64,000 nucleotides of DNA from Candidatus Sulfomarinibacteraceae bacterium (GCA_963796455.1 CAWCLO010000003.1:32001-96000); one strand, 5' to 3'. Counted from the stretch's first letter, positions 41,970-52,070 are shown. Numbers and translations: made by a program. The notes: generated by a model from the letters alone, not told the origin.

Positions 41970-43210
41970 CAACCCGCACCGAAGTCGCGGTCGGACTCGA
42001 TATCGACGCGATCCGCGCCGACTTCCCCGCCCTCCACCAGGAGGTGCACGGGAAACCCCTCGTCTACCTCGACAACGCCGCGACGACCCAGAAACCTCTG
42101 CCGGTCATCGACGCGGTGAGGGGTTTCTACGAACGCGATTGTTCCAATGTCCACCGCGGGGTCCACGCCCTGTCACAGCGCGCCACCGTCGCCTACGAAC
42201 AGGCCCGGACCACGGTCAAAGACCACCTCGGCGCGGCCGACAGCCGCGAGATCGTCTTTACGCGATCCACCACAGAGGGCATCAATCTGGTGGCCTCGAG
42301 CTTTGTCAGGCCCCGTCTGAGCGAGGGTGACGAGGTGCTGATCTCGGCCATGGAACATCATTCGAACATTGTCCCCTGGCAGATGCTGTGCAAGGCGGTC
42401 GGCGCCAACCTGCGCGTGATCCCGATTGACGACCGTGGCGATATCGAACTCGATGTCTACGAAAACCTGCTTTCAGACCGCACCAAGATCGTCGCCATCG
42501 TTCACGTCTCGAACGCTTTAGGCACGGTCAACCCGGTGCGCGACATGGTGAAATCAGCCCACGAACGTGGTATTCCGGTCCTGGTGGACGGCGCCCAGGC
42601 AGTGCCGCACCTCGGGGTCGACGTTCGCGATCTCGATTGTGATTTTTATGTCTTTTCCGCCCACAAGGTCTATGGGCCGACCGGGATTGGCGCCCTTTAT
42701 GCAAAACGTGAACACCTCCTGGAGATGATTCCCTACCAGGGCGGCGGCGACATGATTTTGTCGGTCACCTTCGAGGCGACAAAATTCAACGATCCGCCGC
42801 ATCGCTTCGAGGCAGGCACCCCGAATATCGAGGGCGCAATCGGTCTCGCTGCGGCGCTCGACTATCTCGAGGGGCTGGGCATCGACAAGGTGGCGGAACA
42901 CGAGAACAATCTTCTGGATCAGGCAACCGAGGCGGTCCTCGCAATCCCGGGGGTACGGCTTGTCGGCAATGCACGGCAACGGGCCTCGGCCCTGTCATTC
43001 GTCATGAGCGGCATTCACCCCCATGACATCGGCACGATCCTCGACTCCGAAGGCGTTGCCGTTCGCGCCGGTCACCACTGCGCGCAACCGGTGATGGCCC
43101 GCTACGGCGTCTCGGCGACGGTCCGGGCGTCCTTCGCCGCCTACAACACCTCCGATGAGGTGAAGGTTTTGGTGCACGGTCTGAAAAAAGTACGGGAGGT
43201 CTTCGGCTGA
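41966..43210 (+). CDS. sufS: Cysteine desulfurase SufS
   Basis: YLDNAATTQKP, SAHKVYGPTG, FEAGTP, RAGHHCA. Confidence 0.97.
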   Translation: MTTRTEVAVGLDIDAIRADFPALHQEVHGKPLVYLDNAATTQKPLPVIDAVRGFYERDCSNVHRGVHALSQRATVAYEQARTTVKDHLGAADSREIVFTRSTTEGINLVASSFVRPRLSEGDEVLISAMEHHSNIVPWQMLCKAVGANLRVIPIDDRGDIELDVYENLLSDRTKIVAIVHVSNALGTVNPVRDMVKSAHERGIPVLVDGAQAVPHLGVDVRDLDCDFYVFSAHKVYGPTGIGALYAKREHLLEMIPYQGGGDMILSVTFEATKFNDPPHRFEAGTPNIEGAIGLAAALDYLEGLGIDKVAEHENNLLDQATEAVLAIPGVRLVGNARQRASALSFVMSGIHPHDIGTILDSEGVAVRAGHHCAQPVMARYGVSATVRASFAAYNTSDEVKVLVHGLKKVREVFG

Positions 43211-43656
43211 TGTCGGATATGCGTGAGCTCTATCAAGAGGTCATCCTCGATCACAACAAAAAACCGCGGAACTGTTATGCGATGGATTGCGCAAATCGTT
43301 CGGCCGACGGCCACAACCCCCTGTGCGGAGACACGGTCAAGGTCTATCTCCGGATCGAAGCCGGGGTCATCGAGGAGATCAGCTTCGAGGGTGAAGGCTG
43401 CGCCATCTGCACGGCCTCCACTTCGTTGATGACCGAATCGGTCAAGGGCAAGTCGGTCGCTGAGGTCAAAGAGATCTTTGACGGTTTTCACGATATGTTG
43501 ACGGGTGTCGCGGCCGAACAGGGCGTCGAACTCGGCAAGCTCAAGATCTTCGAAGGCGTTCGTGAGTACCCCGTTCGCGTCAAGTGCGCCACCCTGGCGT
43601 GGCATACGCTCAATGCAGCGATGGATGGGGACGACGATTCGGTAACAACGGAATGA
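43210..43656 (+). CDS. sufU: SUF system NifU-family protein SufU
   Basis: LYQEVILDH, NPLCGD, GCAIC, RVKCATL. Confidence 0.95.
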   Translation: MSDMRELYQEVILDHNKKPRNCYAMDCANRSADGHNPLCGDTVKVYLRIEAGVIEEISFEGEGCAICTASTSLMTESVKGKSVAEVKEIFDGFHDMLTGVAAEQGVELGKLKIFEGVREYPVRVKCATLAWHTLNAAMDGDDDSVTTE

Positions 43657-43760
43657 GTTCTGAGTTCGGAGTTCTGAGTTCGGAGTTTTGGACTGGGGTG
43701 CCGGCCACAGGGTCTTGGTGGACGGGCATTCCGAATTCCGAATTCCGAATTCCGAACTCA
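43655..43760. repeat. Inverted heptamer arrays (GAGTTCT/GAGTTCG)n ... (ATTCCGA)n inside the suf operon
   Basis: Directly visible between sufU and sufT; a further (GATTTCG)n array at 44082-44116. Confidence 0.88.
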
Positions 43761-43774
43761 GGATTGGCGGGCAC

Positions 43775-44083
43775 ATGAGTACAACAATTCGCGATCAAGT
43801 CATCGAGATTCTCAAAGGCATCTACGACCCCGAAATCCCGGTCAACATCTGGGAAATGGGTCTGATCTACGAGGTCACCATCGACGCGGACAACGAAGCC
43901 TTTGTCCTGATGACGCTGACCTCGCCCAGTTGTCCGGTAGCGGAGAGCCTACCGCCCGAGGTCCAGGACAAGGTTGCCGCCGTCGAAGGGGTTTCAAGAG
44001 CTTCTGTCGAGATCACCTGGGACCCGCCGTGGGACCCGGAGATGATGAGCGAAGCCGCAAAACTGGAACTGGGTATGTATTGA
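43775..44083 (+). CDS. sufT: SUF system FeS assembly protein (SufT/DUF59/MIP18)
   Basis: YDPEIPVNIWEMGLIY, MTLTSPSCPVA, WDPPW, MSEAAKLELG. Confidence 0.92.
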   Translation: MSTTIRDQVIEILKGIYDPEIPVNIWEMGLIYEVTIDADNEAFVLMTLTSPSCPVAESLPPEVQDKVAAVEGVSRASVEITWDPPWDPEMMSEAAKLELGMY

Positions 44084-44271
44084 TTTCGGAATTCGAATTT
44101 CGGATTTCGGATTTTCCACGCCAGCGTCCCCAGTTCTGGCAAAACGCTCCGACAAGAACGCGTGTCTTCAGCTATCGCAGGGTGCCGACTTTCATATTGT
44201 GACGCCATGATACTCGGTGGCGCCAGCGATCTCACCCGCACTCAACACGGAAGTTGATTCCCAGTTGATCC

Positions 44272-44562
44272 TCACATCTCATCGTCGTCGGTCGAAGCCA
44301 GTCGATCGAGGACCCACCCGGAGCTCTCGCCCGCTATCTGATTGATCGCACGGATTCCGCCATAGGTGATCGAAAGCACTCCATCGTGAATTCCCCGCAC
44401 AACCCGCGCCGGCCCGGCGATCGCAGCGATGGATTGCAGCACACGAAAGGGCTTTTCGGCTGCCTGGCGGTGGTGCTTCTCCACAAAGTCGGCACCAATC
44501 CTGACGCCATCGTTAATCAATCGATTCAGGCCGCTGAGTCGTTTCCAGTCTTCGTTATTCAT
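44272..44562 (-). CDS. Small hypothetical protein resembling the N-terminal helical region of PGAP1-like lipases
   Basis: ATG overlaps the hydrolase 3' end; LSGLNRLINDGV...VEKHH...IHDGVLSITYGGIR. Confidence 0.6.
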   Translation of the reverse strand: MNNEDWKRLSGLNRLINDGVRIGADFVEKHHRQAAEKPFRVLQSIAAIAGPARVVRGIHDGVLSITYGGIRAINQIAGESSGWVLDRLASTDDDEM

Positions 44563-45523
44563 CTTCGGTCACCCACTGTTCGACAGCCTCGCAGACAGCT
44601 GGATTCCTGGCCAATGCCAGGTGGTCGAGCCCATCCATGACCCGAACATCGGAGCCCGCCGGCGGGCCGGGTTGAGAACCGAGAGCCCGGCCCGCGGCGC
44701 TGTCCCGCTGCACCATCACGTCCCCAACCGCCTCCACACCGGGCAGAGGCAGACCGACAGCGAAATGATGACGCGCGGTGGCCAGCCACGGAATGGGTAC
44801 GCGGCGATTATTCATCAGTTCGTCAGGATCGAATTCGAACCAGTCCTCTTCGACCAGGTTGCCGAAACGCAGATCCTTGATCCCTTGACTGCGGGTGTTC
44901 AGCAGATCACTCAGAACCCTAGTTGCCGTGGTGGGCAAGAGACCGAGCACCTTGCTCGCCACATTGGTGGCTCTCTCGAGAGGTGCCCCCAGATGGGGCG
45001 ATCCCAGGTAGACGGCGTGACGCACCCGCGAAACCCAGGCGTGGCCGGATTGGCTGCCAACGTGACAGGCGCTGCGGATCACCAAACCTCCCTGGCTGTG
45101 TCCGATGAGCAGCAGTTCCTCGATGGCTGCCTCGTGGTGGACGCAGAGCTGCTCCAGAAGAGCGGCCAATAGTTGGCCGTTTTCGGAAACACGGAGCCCA
45201 GTATTGAATCGGAGATAGAGCGGCGAAAAACCACAGTTCCGCTGCAACTGCTCCCCGAAGCTGCCGCCACCAACCGAGGCGGGGAAGTTCCAGAGTGACT
45301 CATTGCATCCGAGCCCATGCACAAAAACGCAGATCTTGCCGGCTGTTGGTGCCGAGATATCTCGCGGGGCTACGGATTGGTTCTCATGAAAAAAACCCAT
45401 CGGTTGCTGCAACTCGTTATCGACCTGGGAGAGGTAGTCGCCAATCCAGGCGTTGAGCCCGCTGAGTAGGTGTTCCACCAATCCCGGCGATCGACTGGCC
45501 GCTCTTCGGGTCTGTTCTGCCAT
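44555..45523 (-). CDS. Alpha/beta hydrolase (PGAP1-like lipase)
   Basis: FVHGLG, GHSQGG nucleophile elbow, LGSPHLGAPLE, GDVMV, DHLAL. Confidence 0.88.
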   Translation of the reverse strand: MAEQTRRAASRSPGLVEHLLSGLNAWIGDYLSQVDNELQQPMGFFHENQSVAPRDISAPTAGKICVFVHGLGCNESLWNFPASVGGGSFGEQLQRNCGFSPLYLRFNTGLRVSENGQLLAALLEQLCVHHEAAIEELLLIGHSQGGLVIRSACHVGSQSGHAWVSRVRHAVYLGSPHLGAPLERATNVASKVLGLLPTTATRVLSDLLNTRSQGIKDLRFGNLVEEDWFEFDPDELMNNRRVPIPWLATARHHFAVGLPLPGVEAVGDVMVQRDSAAGRALGSQPGPPAGSDVRVMDGLDHLALARNPAVCEAVEQWVTEDE

Positions 45524-45565
45524 GGGCGCGAGGCTAGCACATGGTGGTGGAGACGTCTGCAAAGA

Positions 45566-46258
45566 TCACAACTGGAGCAAATAGCCCACACCGTGTTTGG
45601 TCAGGATATGACGCGGGTCGGCAGGATCCGTCTCCAGCTTTTGCCGCAGCGATCGGATGAAGTTGTCCACCGTCCGTGAAGAGCCCTCGAAGTCCCAACC
45701 CCACACATGGTTGAGGATTTCTTCGCGGGTTCTGGGCCGACCCGGAACACTCAACAAGAAACAGAGGAGATCAAATTCTTTGGCCGACATGGGAACTTCG
45801 CCACCACGTAGGCTGACCCGGCGGTTGGCGCGATCGAGCAAGACCTCGCCGAAGGTCAGGGCACGCTCCGTGGGCTTTTCAACCCTGCTCCGCCTGAGCA
45901 TGGCCTCGACCCGGGCCAACAGCTCGCTCAAATCGAAGGGTTTTGCCAGGTAGTCGTCGGCACCGATGTTGAGACCCTCGACCTTGTTTTCGATGCTGCC
46001 GCGGGCGGAGAGGATCAGCACCGGCACATTCTCGCTGTGGAGACGCAACTCGGCCAGAATATCGAGGCCGCTGTATCCCGGGAGCATGATGTCGAGCACG
46101 ATGAGATCCGGACGGAGGTTGAAGGCTTTCTGCATGCCATCGAAACCATCTGTCGCCGTCGCCACCCGGTAGCCGTGGAGCTCGAAGTTGAGCAACAACC
46201 CATCACGAAGCGCACGGTCATCTTCTATCACGAGGATGGTTGCGCCATTGCCTGTCAT
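45566..46258 (-). CDS. OmpR-family response regulator
   Basis: IEDD, LDIMLP, GADDYLAKPF, RTVDNFI, winged-helix tail. Confidence 0.95.
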   Translation of the reverse strand: MTGNGATILVIEDDRALRDGLLLNFELHGYRVATATDGFDGMQKAFNLRPDLIVLDIMLPGYSGLDILAELRLHSENVPVLILSARGSIENKVEGLNIGADDYLAKPFDLSELLARVEAMLRRSRVEKPTERALTFGEVLLDRANRRVSLRGGEVPMSAKEFDLLCFLLSVPGRPRTREEILNHVWGWDFEGSSRTVDNFIRSLRQKLETDPADPRHILTKHGVGYLLQL

Positions 46259-47310
46259 CGGACGATCGCCTCGGAGTCGTCGGCCGGGGCCACCGGAAGC
46301 CTCACGATCATGCGGGTCCCCCCTGCCTCGCGGCTGTGGGCTTCAATCGTTCCACCATGGGCAAGGACCAGCGCCTTGGAAATCGCAAGCCCGAGGCCGG
46401 CTCCGGAGGACCTTGCACGCAATCTGTCATCAACTCGATAGAAGGGCTCGAATATTTTGCGACGGTCTCTGGGTGGAATCCCGATCCCGTTGTCCTCCAC
46501 TTCCAGAACCACCTCGCCGGCCACATCGTAGGCCCTGACTGCGATGAGTTTGTCTTTGCCCGAGTACTTGTATGCATTGACCAACAGATTGAGCAACACG
46601 GTGACGATTCCATTCGGATCGTGCGCAACAGGCGCGGTAGAGGACACATCGACCGAGAGCTCCACTTCGCCGGGAACCATCAGCAGAGAGAATCGATCGA
46701 GGGCCGTTTGAACGGCCGCGGTCAACGGCGCCACTCGAAGCTCGATGACCAGCCGGTCCTTGGCCGCACTGCGCCAGGTGAGGACACGATCGACCATCGT
46801 CTCGAGCCACTCGGTCTCGCGAACGATGGTGGCGAGACTCTCCTTGATCTTCTGCGGGTCCTCGTTCAACCGACCGGTCTGCAGCGTCTGTGCGTACATC
46901 CGGATGGCGGACAGCGGTGTTCGAAGCTCGTGGCTGACATTGGCGAGGAAATCAGCCTGCAGCCTGGCGGTGCGCGCTTTGCGGCCGAGCAGGACGGTGG
47001 CTGTGACCGCACCGCCGATCGATGCGACCGCAAAACAAATCACCAATACCCCGACAACTAGATTATTGGTTCGCTCACCCAGGGCGATTGTGACGATACC
47101 GACCGAGGTGGAGAGGATGACCGGCAGAATCACGCCAACGGCCAGGGTCACGATCACTCCGGTCAGACTCAGATTGGGGCCGAGCTTTCGGAGCCGGGTC
47201 ACGACCTGGGCGGGACGGTCGCCGAGAGCGTCCGAGGCCAGCGCCGAGATCCGGGCCCGCGTGGTCGCCGCCTGGTCTCCTTTGGAGGAATGATCAGGTC
47301 CTGATTCCAT
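46255..47310 (-). CDS. Sensor histidine kinase with two closely spaced TM helices
   Basis: SHELRTPL H-box, NLLVNAYKY, DNGIGI, GAGLGL; start approximate. Confidence 0.92.
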   Translation of the reverse strand: MESGPDHSSKGDQAATTRARISALASDALGDRPAQVVTRLRKLGPNLSLTGVIVTLAVGVILPVILSTSVGIVTIALGERTNNLVVGVLVICFAVASIGGAVTATVLLGRKARTARLQADFLANVSHELRTPLSAIRMYAQTLQTGRLNEDPQKIKESLATIVRETEWLETMVDRVLTWRSAAKDRLVIELRVAPLTAAVQTALDRFSLLMVPGEVELSVDVSSTAPVAHDPNGIVTVLLNLLVNAYKYSGKDKLIAVRAYDVAGEVVLEVEDNGIGIPPRDRRKIFEPFYRVDDRLRARSSGAGLGLAISKALVLAHGGTIEAHSREAGGTRMIVRLPVAPADDSEAIVR

Positions 47311-47379
47311 CACCCACAGTATTGCGCCCTTCGGCGCCGTTGTCACAACCTTCCCGGTCGATCATCGAGCTCCGGCCCG

Positions 47380-47397
47380 TCATGACATTTTCATGAC
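47380..47397. promoter_or_regulatory. Candidate OmpR/PhoB-type binding site
   Basis: TCATGAC direct repeat with 11-bp period in the divergent spacer. Confidence 0.5.
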
Positions 47398-47465
47398 CTC
47401 TGTTTCATAGGCTCGGTTGAATGGGTCGCCAATGCGCGGCCACAAGAATCGGACGGGAGCCGGGC

Positions 47466-49211
47466 ATGGGATCGTGTCAGGAAGTTCAAAGACCTCGAAA
47501 AATCCTTCTCAGCGGTGTCTTCGGGCCCTACGGCGTGGACGACGAGTTCGGCCGCAAAGAAAACATCATGGAGCTCTACCACAATCAGGTGACGAAGGCT
47601 CAGGGGCCCGCATCCTTCCGCTTTCACCACCGTTCTTTCGGGCTCTATTTCATTGCCGCCAACATCGATGCCGATGTGACGATCCTGGATTTTCCGAGTC
47701 GGAGGCGTTTTGCCCGCGAAGTCGAACGTGGCGACTACGACATGGTGGGGATCTCTTTCATCATGCCGAATATGGACAAAGCTCGCGAAATGGCCCGAGT
47801 GGTTCGGGAAAAAGCGCCAACCGCCGAAATCATCCTCGGCGGACACGGTGCGGCCATCGAAGGAGTCGAGCAGCTGATCGACTGCGACCACGTGGTCAAA
47901 GGTGAAGGCATCCGTTGGATGCGCGAGCACCTGGGCCAGAACACCGAGGCGCCCATCCAACACCCCGCACTGCCGAGCGCCGAGTGGATGAGTATCCTCG
48001 GCGTGCCCCTGGTGGGTTCAGCATCCAGCCTGCTGGTTCCTGGTGTCGGATGTGTCAATGGGTGCAGCTTCTGCTCCACCTCCCATTTTTTCAGCAAGCG
48101 CTACACCCCTTTCCTCGACTCCGGCAAAGATCTGTTCGAAACCGCCTGCCGGGTGGCCGACCAACGCGGCACCGACAGCTTCTTTGTCATGGACGAGAAC
48201 TTCCTCAAGGATCGCGACCGGGCCCTTTCGTTGTTGTCGTGCATGGAGCAACATCAACGTTTCTTCCGTTTCCATATCTTCTCCTCGGCGGAGGCCATTA
48301 CCGCCTTTGGTCTCGACAACCTGGTCCGGCTCGGAGTGGATCTGGTGTGGATCGGTTTTGAAAGCAGCAGCCGCCAGTCTGCCTTTACCAAGAATCACGG
48401 TATCGATGCCCGTCGGCTGGTCCAGGATCTGAGGAATCGCGGCATCGCGGTGCTTGCGTCCGGCATTCTGTGCATGGAACATCACACCCCCGACAACATG
48501 CAGGAGGACATCGACTTTCTGGTCGATCTCGAAGCGGATTTTGTTCAGTTCATGCTCCTGACGCCGATCCCGGTGACTGCGCTGTACGAGGATCACAAGC
48601 GTCGCGGGTTGCTGCGGATGGATCTTCCCTTCCAGGAATGGCACGGCCAGAAACGTCTCAGCTACCGTCATCCTGCCTTCAATGACGATGAATCGGAAGC
48701 ATGGATCAACCGCGCCTTCCGCCAGGACTACGAGCAGAACTCGAGCTCCATGTTCCGCATGGCGGAAACGGCCATCCGTGGCTCCGAGCACCTTGCAGAG
48801 ATGACCTCCCGCGACGCCTGTCTCGAGACACGGCTCGCGCAATGCATGGACAAGGCGAAGAGCTGGAGTCTGATTCTCCCGGCCGTTGCCCACAACGCGG
48901 TCAATCCACTGGAAAAAAGAAGAGCAACAGACCTTTACGACCGTGCGCATCAGCTCTTCGGTCGCCGTCTGTGGGAGCGCGCCGCAGGTCTCGGCACCAT
49001 CGCCCTGGCCGGTCTGTGGAAGCTCCGAATCAAGATTTTTGGCGACCGCCTGCAGCCGAGGACCATCGTGACCCGCTACCCCGCTGTGGCGGCGAAAGGC
49101 AAGCTGGCCCATCGGAGGACCACTTTAGATATGGGGCCAACCGGAGTGCAGAAGCTGCCCCCGGCTGCCGCCGCCGTGTCACCGGTTTCGATACTGATCG
49201 GCGAGCGGTGA
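47466..49211 (+). CDS. B12-binding domain radical SAM protein
   Basis: VGISF and IILGGHG cobalamin-binding region; GCVNGCSFC (CxxxCxxC); MDENF, IGFES. Confidence 0.9.
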   Translation: MGSCQEVQRPRKILLSGVFGPYGVDDEFGRKENIMELYHNQVTKAQGPASFRFHHRSFGLYFIAANIDADVTILDFPSRRRFAREVERGDYDMVGISFIMPNMDKAREMARVVREKAPTAEIILGGHGAAIEGVEQLIDCDHVVKGEGIRWMREHLGQNTEAPIQHPALPSAEWMSILGVPLVGSASSLLVPGVGCVNGCSFCSTSHFFSKRYTPFLDSGKDLFETACRVADQRGTDSFFVMDENFLKDRDRALSLLSCMEQHQRFFRFHIFSSAEAITAFGLDNLVRLGVDLVWIGFESSSRQSAFTKNHGIDARRLVQDLRNRGIAVLASGILCMEHHTPDNMQEDIDFLVDLEADFVQFMLLTPIPVTALYEDHKRRGLLRMDLPFQEWHGQKRLSYRHPAFNDDESEAWINRAFRQDYEQNSSSMFRMAETAIRGSEHLAEMTSRDACLETRLAQCMDKAKSWSLILPAVAHNAVNPLEKRRATDLYDRAHQLFGRRLWERAAGLGTIALAGLWKLRIKIFGDRLQPRTIVTRYPAVAAKGKLAHRRTTLDMGPTGVQKLPPAAAAVSPVSILIGER

Positions 49212-49240
49212 GGACGACGAACACATCCTCCCGATGGCAC

Positions 49241-49476
49241 CACTCTTGTCCAAGACAGAGCCTCGGATAGCGTTCAGGGACAGCGGCGGGGAACCGCGGC
49301 CGACCACCGGCTACCCCTTCTGTTGAACGGCCCGAAGTTGCCCCTTCACCGCCTGGACTCCTGACCGCTGCCGCCGAACACTGATCGCCGCTCCCTGTCG
49401 CTGACGCGGGACACTGTCGCTGCCGCTGCAATACGGGTACGGACGCGGGCAACCTCGAACCCGGATATGCCAAAAA
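49241..49476 (-). mobile_element. Four-helix-bundle element family, copy D (internally deleted, empty)
   Basis: Reverse complement aligns to 4341-4553 (tttttggcatatccgg...ggtagccggtgg) joined directly to the 5092-5137 right end (gtccctgaacgc...ctctgtcttggacaagagtg). Confidence 0.78.
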
Positions 49477-49524
49477 GACCCCCAGCGCCCCCTGTTAATC
49501 TGTTGCCGAAACAAGGAGGCATCC

Positions 49525-51210
49525 ATGAGGACAGGTTTCGATCGCAGGCGATTTGTGGCATTGCTTTCGAGCTTTGGTGTGGTCGGAGCGGCGGCCGATC
49601 GCCTCTGGGCGGCTGCCGAAGAAGGGCCAGTCACCGCAAACGATCTCGCCCACGCCGAGAAGATCGCGGGTCTGCAATTCAGCGAAACCGAGCGTAAGCT
49701 CATGGTCGAGGGCATCAACGATCTCAGAGAGGATTTCGAGGCTCTGCGAGAGGTTCCGCTGCCCAATTCAATCTCACCGGCACTGTCCTTCGATCCACGA
49801 CCGGCCGGCTTCGTCTACGACCCTGAGTCGCGGTGCTTCCGTCCATCCCGGCCGGAGGCCGCTGAGCGCCCTGACGATCTCGAGGAGCTGGCGTTCCTTC
49901 CTGTGACCCAGCTCGCCGCCCTCGTGCGGACCCGTCGCGTCTCATCGGTCGAACTGACGAAGATGTACCTCGAGCGCCTCAGACGCCACGGCCCCAAGCT
50001 CCTCTGCGTCATCACCCTCACCGAGGAGCGGGCCCTCGCCAAGGCGCAACGCGCTGATCGCGAGATTGCCACCGGAATCTACCGGGGCCCGCTGCACGGA
50101 ATCCCGTGGGGAGCAAAGGACCTGCTGGCTGTCCGTGGTTACCCCACAACCTGGGGCGCCACTCCCTTCAAAGATCAACATTTTGATGAGGATGCAACGG
50201 TGGTCAAAAGGCTCGACGAGGCGGGTGCGGTGCTCGTCGCCAAGCTCACCATGGGCGCGCTGGCCAACGGCGATGTCTGGTTTGGCGGCAAAACCCGCAA
50301 CCCGTGGAATCCGGAACAAGGATCCCGAGGCTCGTCGGCCGGGTCGGCCTCGGCGGTGGCCGCCGGCCTCGTGGCTTTCGCCATCGGCACCGAAACCCGA
50401 GGATCGATTCTCTCACCATGCACACGCTGTGGCGCGACCGGTCTCCGACCCACCTTCGGACTGGTCAGCAGGCACGGCGCCATGGCCCTCTCCTGGTCGA
50501 TGGACAAGATCGGTCCCATCTGTCGCGCGGTGGAGGATTGCGTTCTGGTTTTCGATGCGATCAACGGTCCGGACGGCCGCGACGAGACCGTGATCGACAT
50601 GCCCTTCTCCTGGCAGGCGGATCGGGACCCCCGCGAGCTTCGGGTCGGCTATCTCCGCTCGGCTTTTGAAACCGAACCGAGCGAAAATCAGCGCGAATGG
50701 AACGATTTCAATCTGGCCACCCTCGAGACCGTGAGGTCGATGGGCATCGAATTGGTGCCCCTCGAACTGCCGGAGTTACCGGTCGGCGCCCTGGGGTTCA
50801 TTCTGAGGGTCGAGGCCGCTGCCGCCTTCGACGAAATGACGCGGACGAATGTCGACGACGAACTGGTGCGCCAGGACCCGAGCGCGTGGCCGAACCGCCT
50901 CCGCACCGCACGCACGGTCCCGGCGGTGGAGTACATACAGGCCAATCGCGTCCGGCGGATCGCCATGCGAGAGATGGCCCGCATCCTCGACGGTATCGAT
51001 GTCTATCTCTCTCCCACCAGGGGCGACAATCTGCGCATCACGAACCTCACCGGCCACCCTGCGGTGGTGTTGCCCAACGGCTTTCGCGCCAACGGCACAC
51101 CGACAAGCATCACTTTTTGCGGCAATCTCTTCCGTGATTCCGAAGCCATGCTGCTGGCCAGGGCCTACCAGGAGGCCACCGACTTCCACCTCCGTCATCC
51201 AGGTATCTAA
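49525..51210 (+). CDS. Amidase-signature family enzyme with a Tat signal
   Basis: DRRRFVALL; GPLHGIPWGAKD, GSSAGS, GTETRGSI. Confidence 0.92.
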   Translation: MRTGFDRRRFVALLSSFGVVGAAADRLWAAAEEGPVTANDLAHAEKIAGLQFSETERKLMVEGINDLREDFEALREVPLPNSISPALSFDPRPAGFVYDPESRCFRPSRPEAAERPDDLEELAFLPVTQLAALVRTRRVSSVELTKMYLERLRRHGPKLLCVITLTEERALAKAQRADREIATGIYRGPLHGIPWGAKDLLAVRGYPTTWGATPFKDQHFDEDATVVKRLDEAGAVLVAKLTMGALANGDVWFGGKTRNPWNPEQGSRGSSAGSASAVAAGLVAFAIGTETRGSILSPCTRCGATGLRPTFGLVSRHGAMALSWSMDKIGPICRAVEDCVLVFDAINGPDGRDETVIDMPFSWQADRDPRELRVGYLRSAFETEPSENQREWNDFNLATLETVRSMGIELVPLELPELPVGALGFILRVEAAAAFDEMTRTNVDDELVRQDPSAWPNRLRTARTVPAVEYIQANRVRRIAMREMARILDGIDVYLSPTRGDNLRITNLTGHPAVVLPNGFRANGTPTSITFCGNLFRDSEAMLLARAYQEATDFHLRHPGI

Positions 51211-51251
51211 GGAGGATTTATCCCCCTCGCTCGGATCTTGCCCACAGCGGT

Positions 51252-52070
51252 TCAGCCCTCCGATTTAAAGAGTCTCTCCAACTCAGCAAGTTCCCTCGGA
51301 CCAAGACCACCCGAGCGGTGACCGGCGGCCCGGCACAGCATGGCCACCTTCGCCGCTTTGTTCGCCGTGTCGATTCGGTCGAAGGCCTCGGCGGGGGTGG
51401 CGCCGATCGCCAGACACCCATGGAACTGCCATAGCGCCACCGTGTGGCCCTGACGGATCTTCTTCTCAGTTTCCTTGGCCAATGCATCGGAGCCGGGAGG
51501 CTTGTAGCGCACGAGCCCGACTCCCCGCGGCAGATAGACCTTCACCTCGGGGATCATCGACCACAGGATCTGATTGAGACGCGCCTCGTTGCGGCCATCC
51601 GGAAGGTGGGTCAAGGCGATGAGCTCGGTCGGGTGGGTGTGCAGCACCACATTGTGGGGCGAGTCATTTTCGATCATCGAGCTGTGAAGCCTCAAGTGGG
51701 CCGGGAGCTCCGAGGTCGGCCGAAAATGTGGCACCTCGAGCCCACCAAAGATCACCGAGTAGCTCCCGCCATGACCATCGAGCCTCAGCAACTGGCTGTT
51801 GTGTTCGGCATCGCGCGAAAAGTCGCGAAACCGCCGGCCGCTCCCTGTCACCAACAAGGTCCTCCCCGCCAGCAAAGGAAATGCTTCGGGAAGACGCTCG
51901 CCAGACGTCATGGGCGGCGCCGCGATTCCGGCGCAGGCTTTGCTCACATCGATGGACAGATTGCCGGCGTTGCTTTCGGCCCATCCCCGATCCCACAAAT
52001 ATCCCGACACTTCCTGCGCATCACGGATGACCTGCGCAATGGGTGACTGGCCTGTGAGATCGATCATCAT
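51252..52070 (-). CDS. rhaD: Rhamnulose-1-phosphate aldolase (class II aldolase)
   Basis: GWAESNAGNLS, TGSGRRFR, PTSELPAH, HTHPTELIA, WQFHG, AFDRID. Confidence 0.85.
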   Translation of the reverse strand: MMIDLTGQSPIAQVIRDAQEVSGYLWDRGWAESNAGNLSIDVSKACAGIAAPPMTSGERLPEAFPLLAGRTLLVTGSGRRFRDFSRDAEHNSQLLRLDGHGGSYSVIFGGLEVPHFRPTSELPAHLRLHSSMIENDSPHNVVLHTHPTELIALTHLPDGRNEARLNQILWSMIPEVKVYLPRGVGLVRYKPPGSDALAKETEKKIRQGHTVALWQFHGCLAIGATPAEAFDRIDTANKAAKVAMLCRAAGHRSGGLGPRELAELERLFKSEG

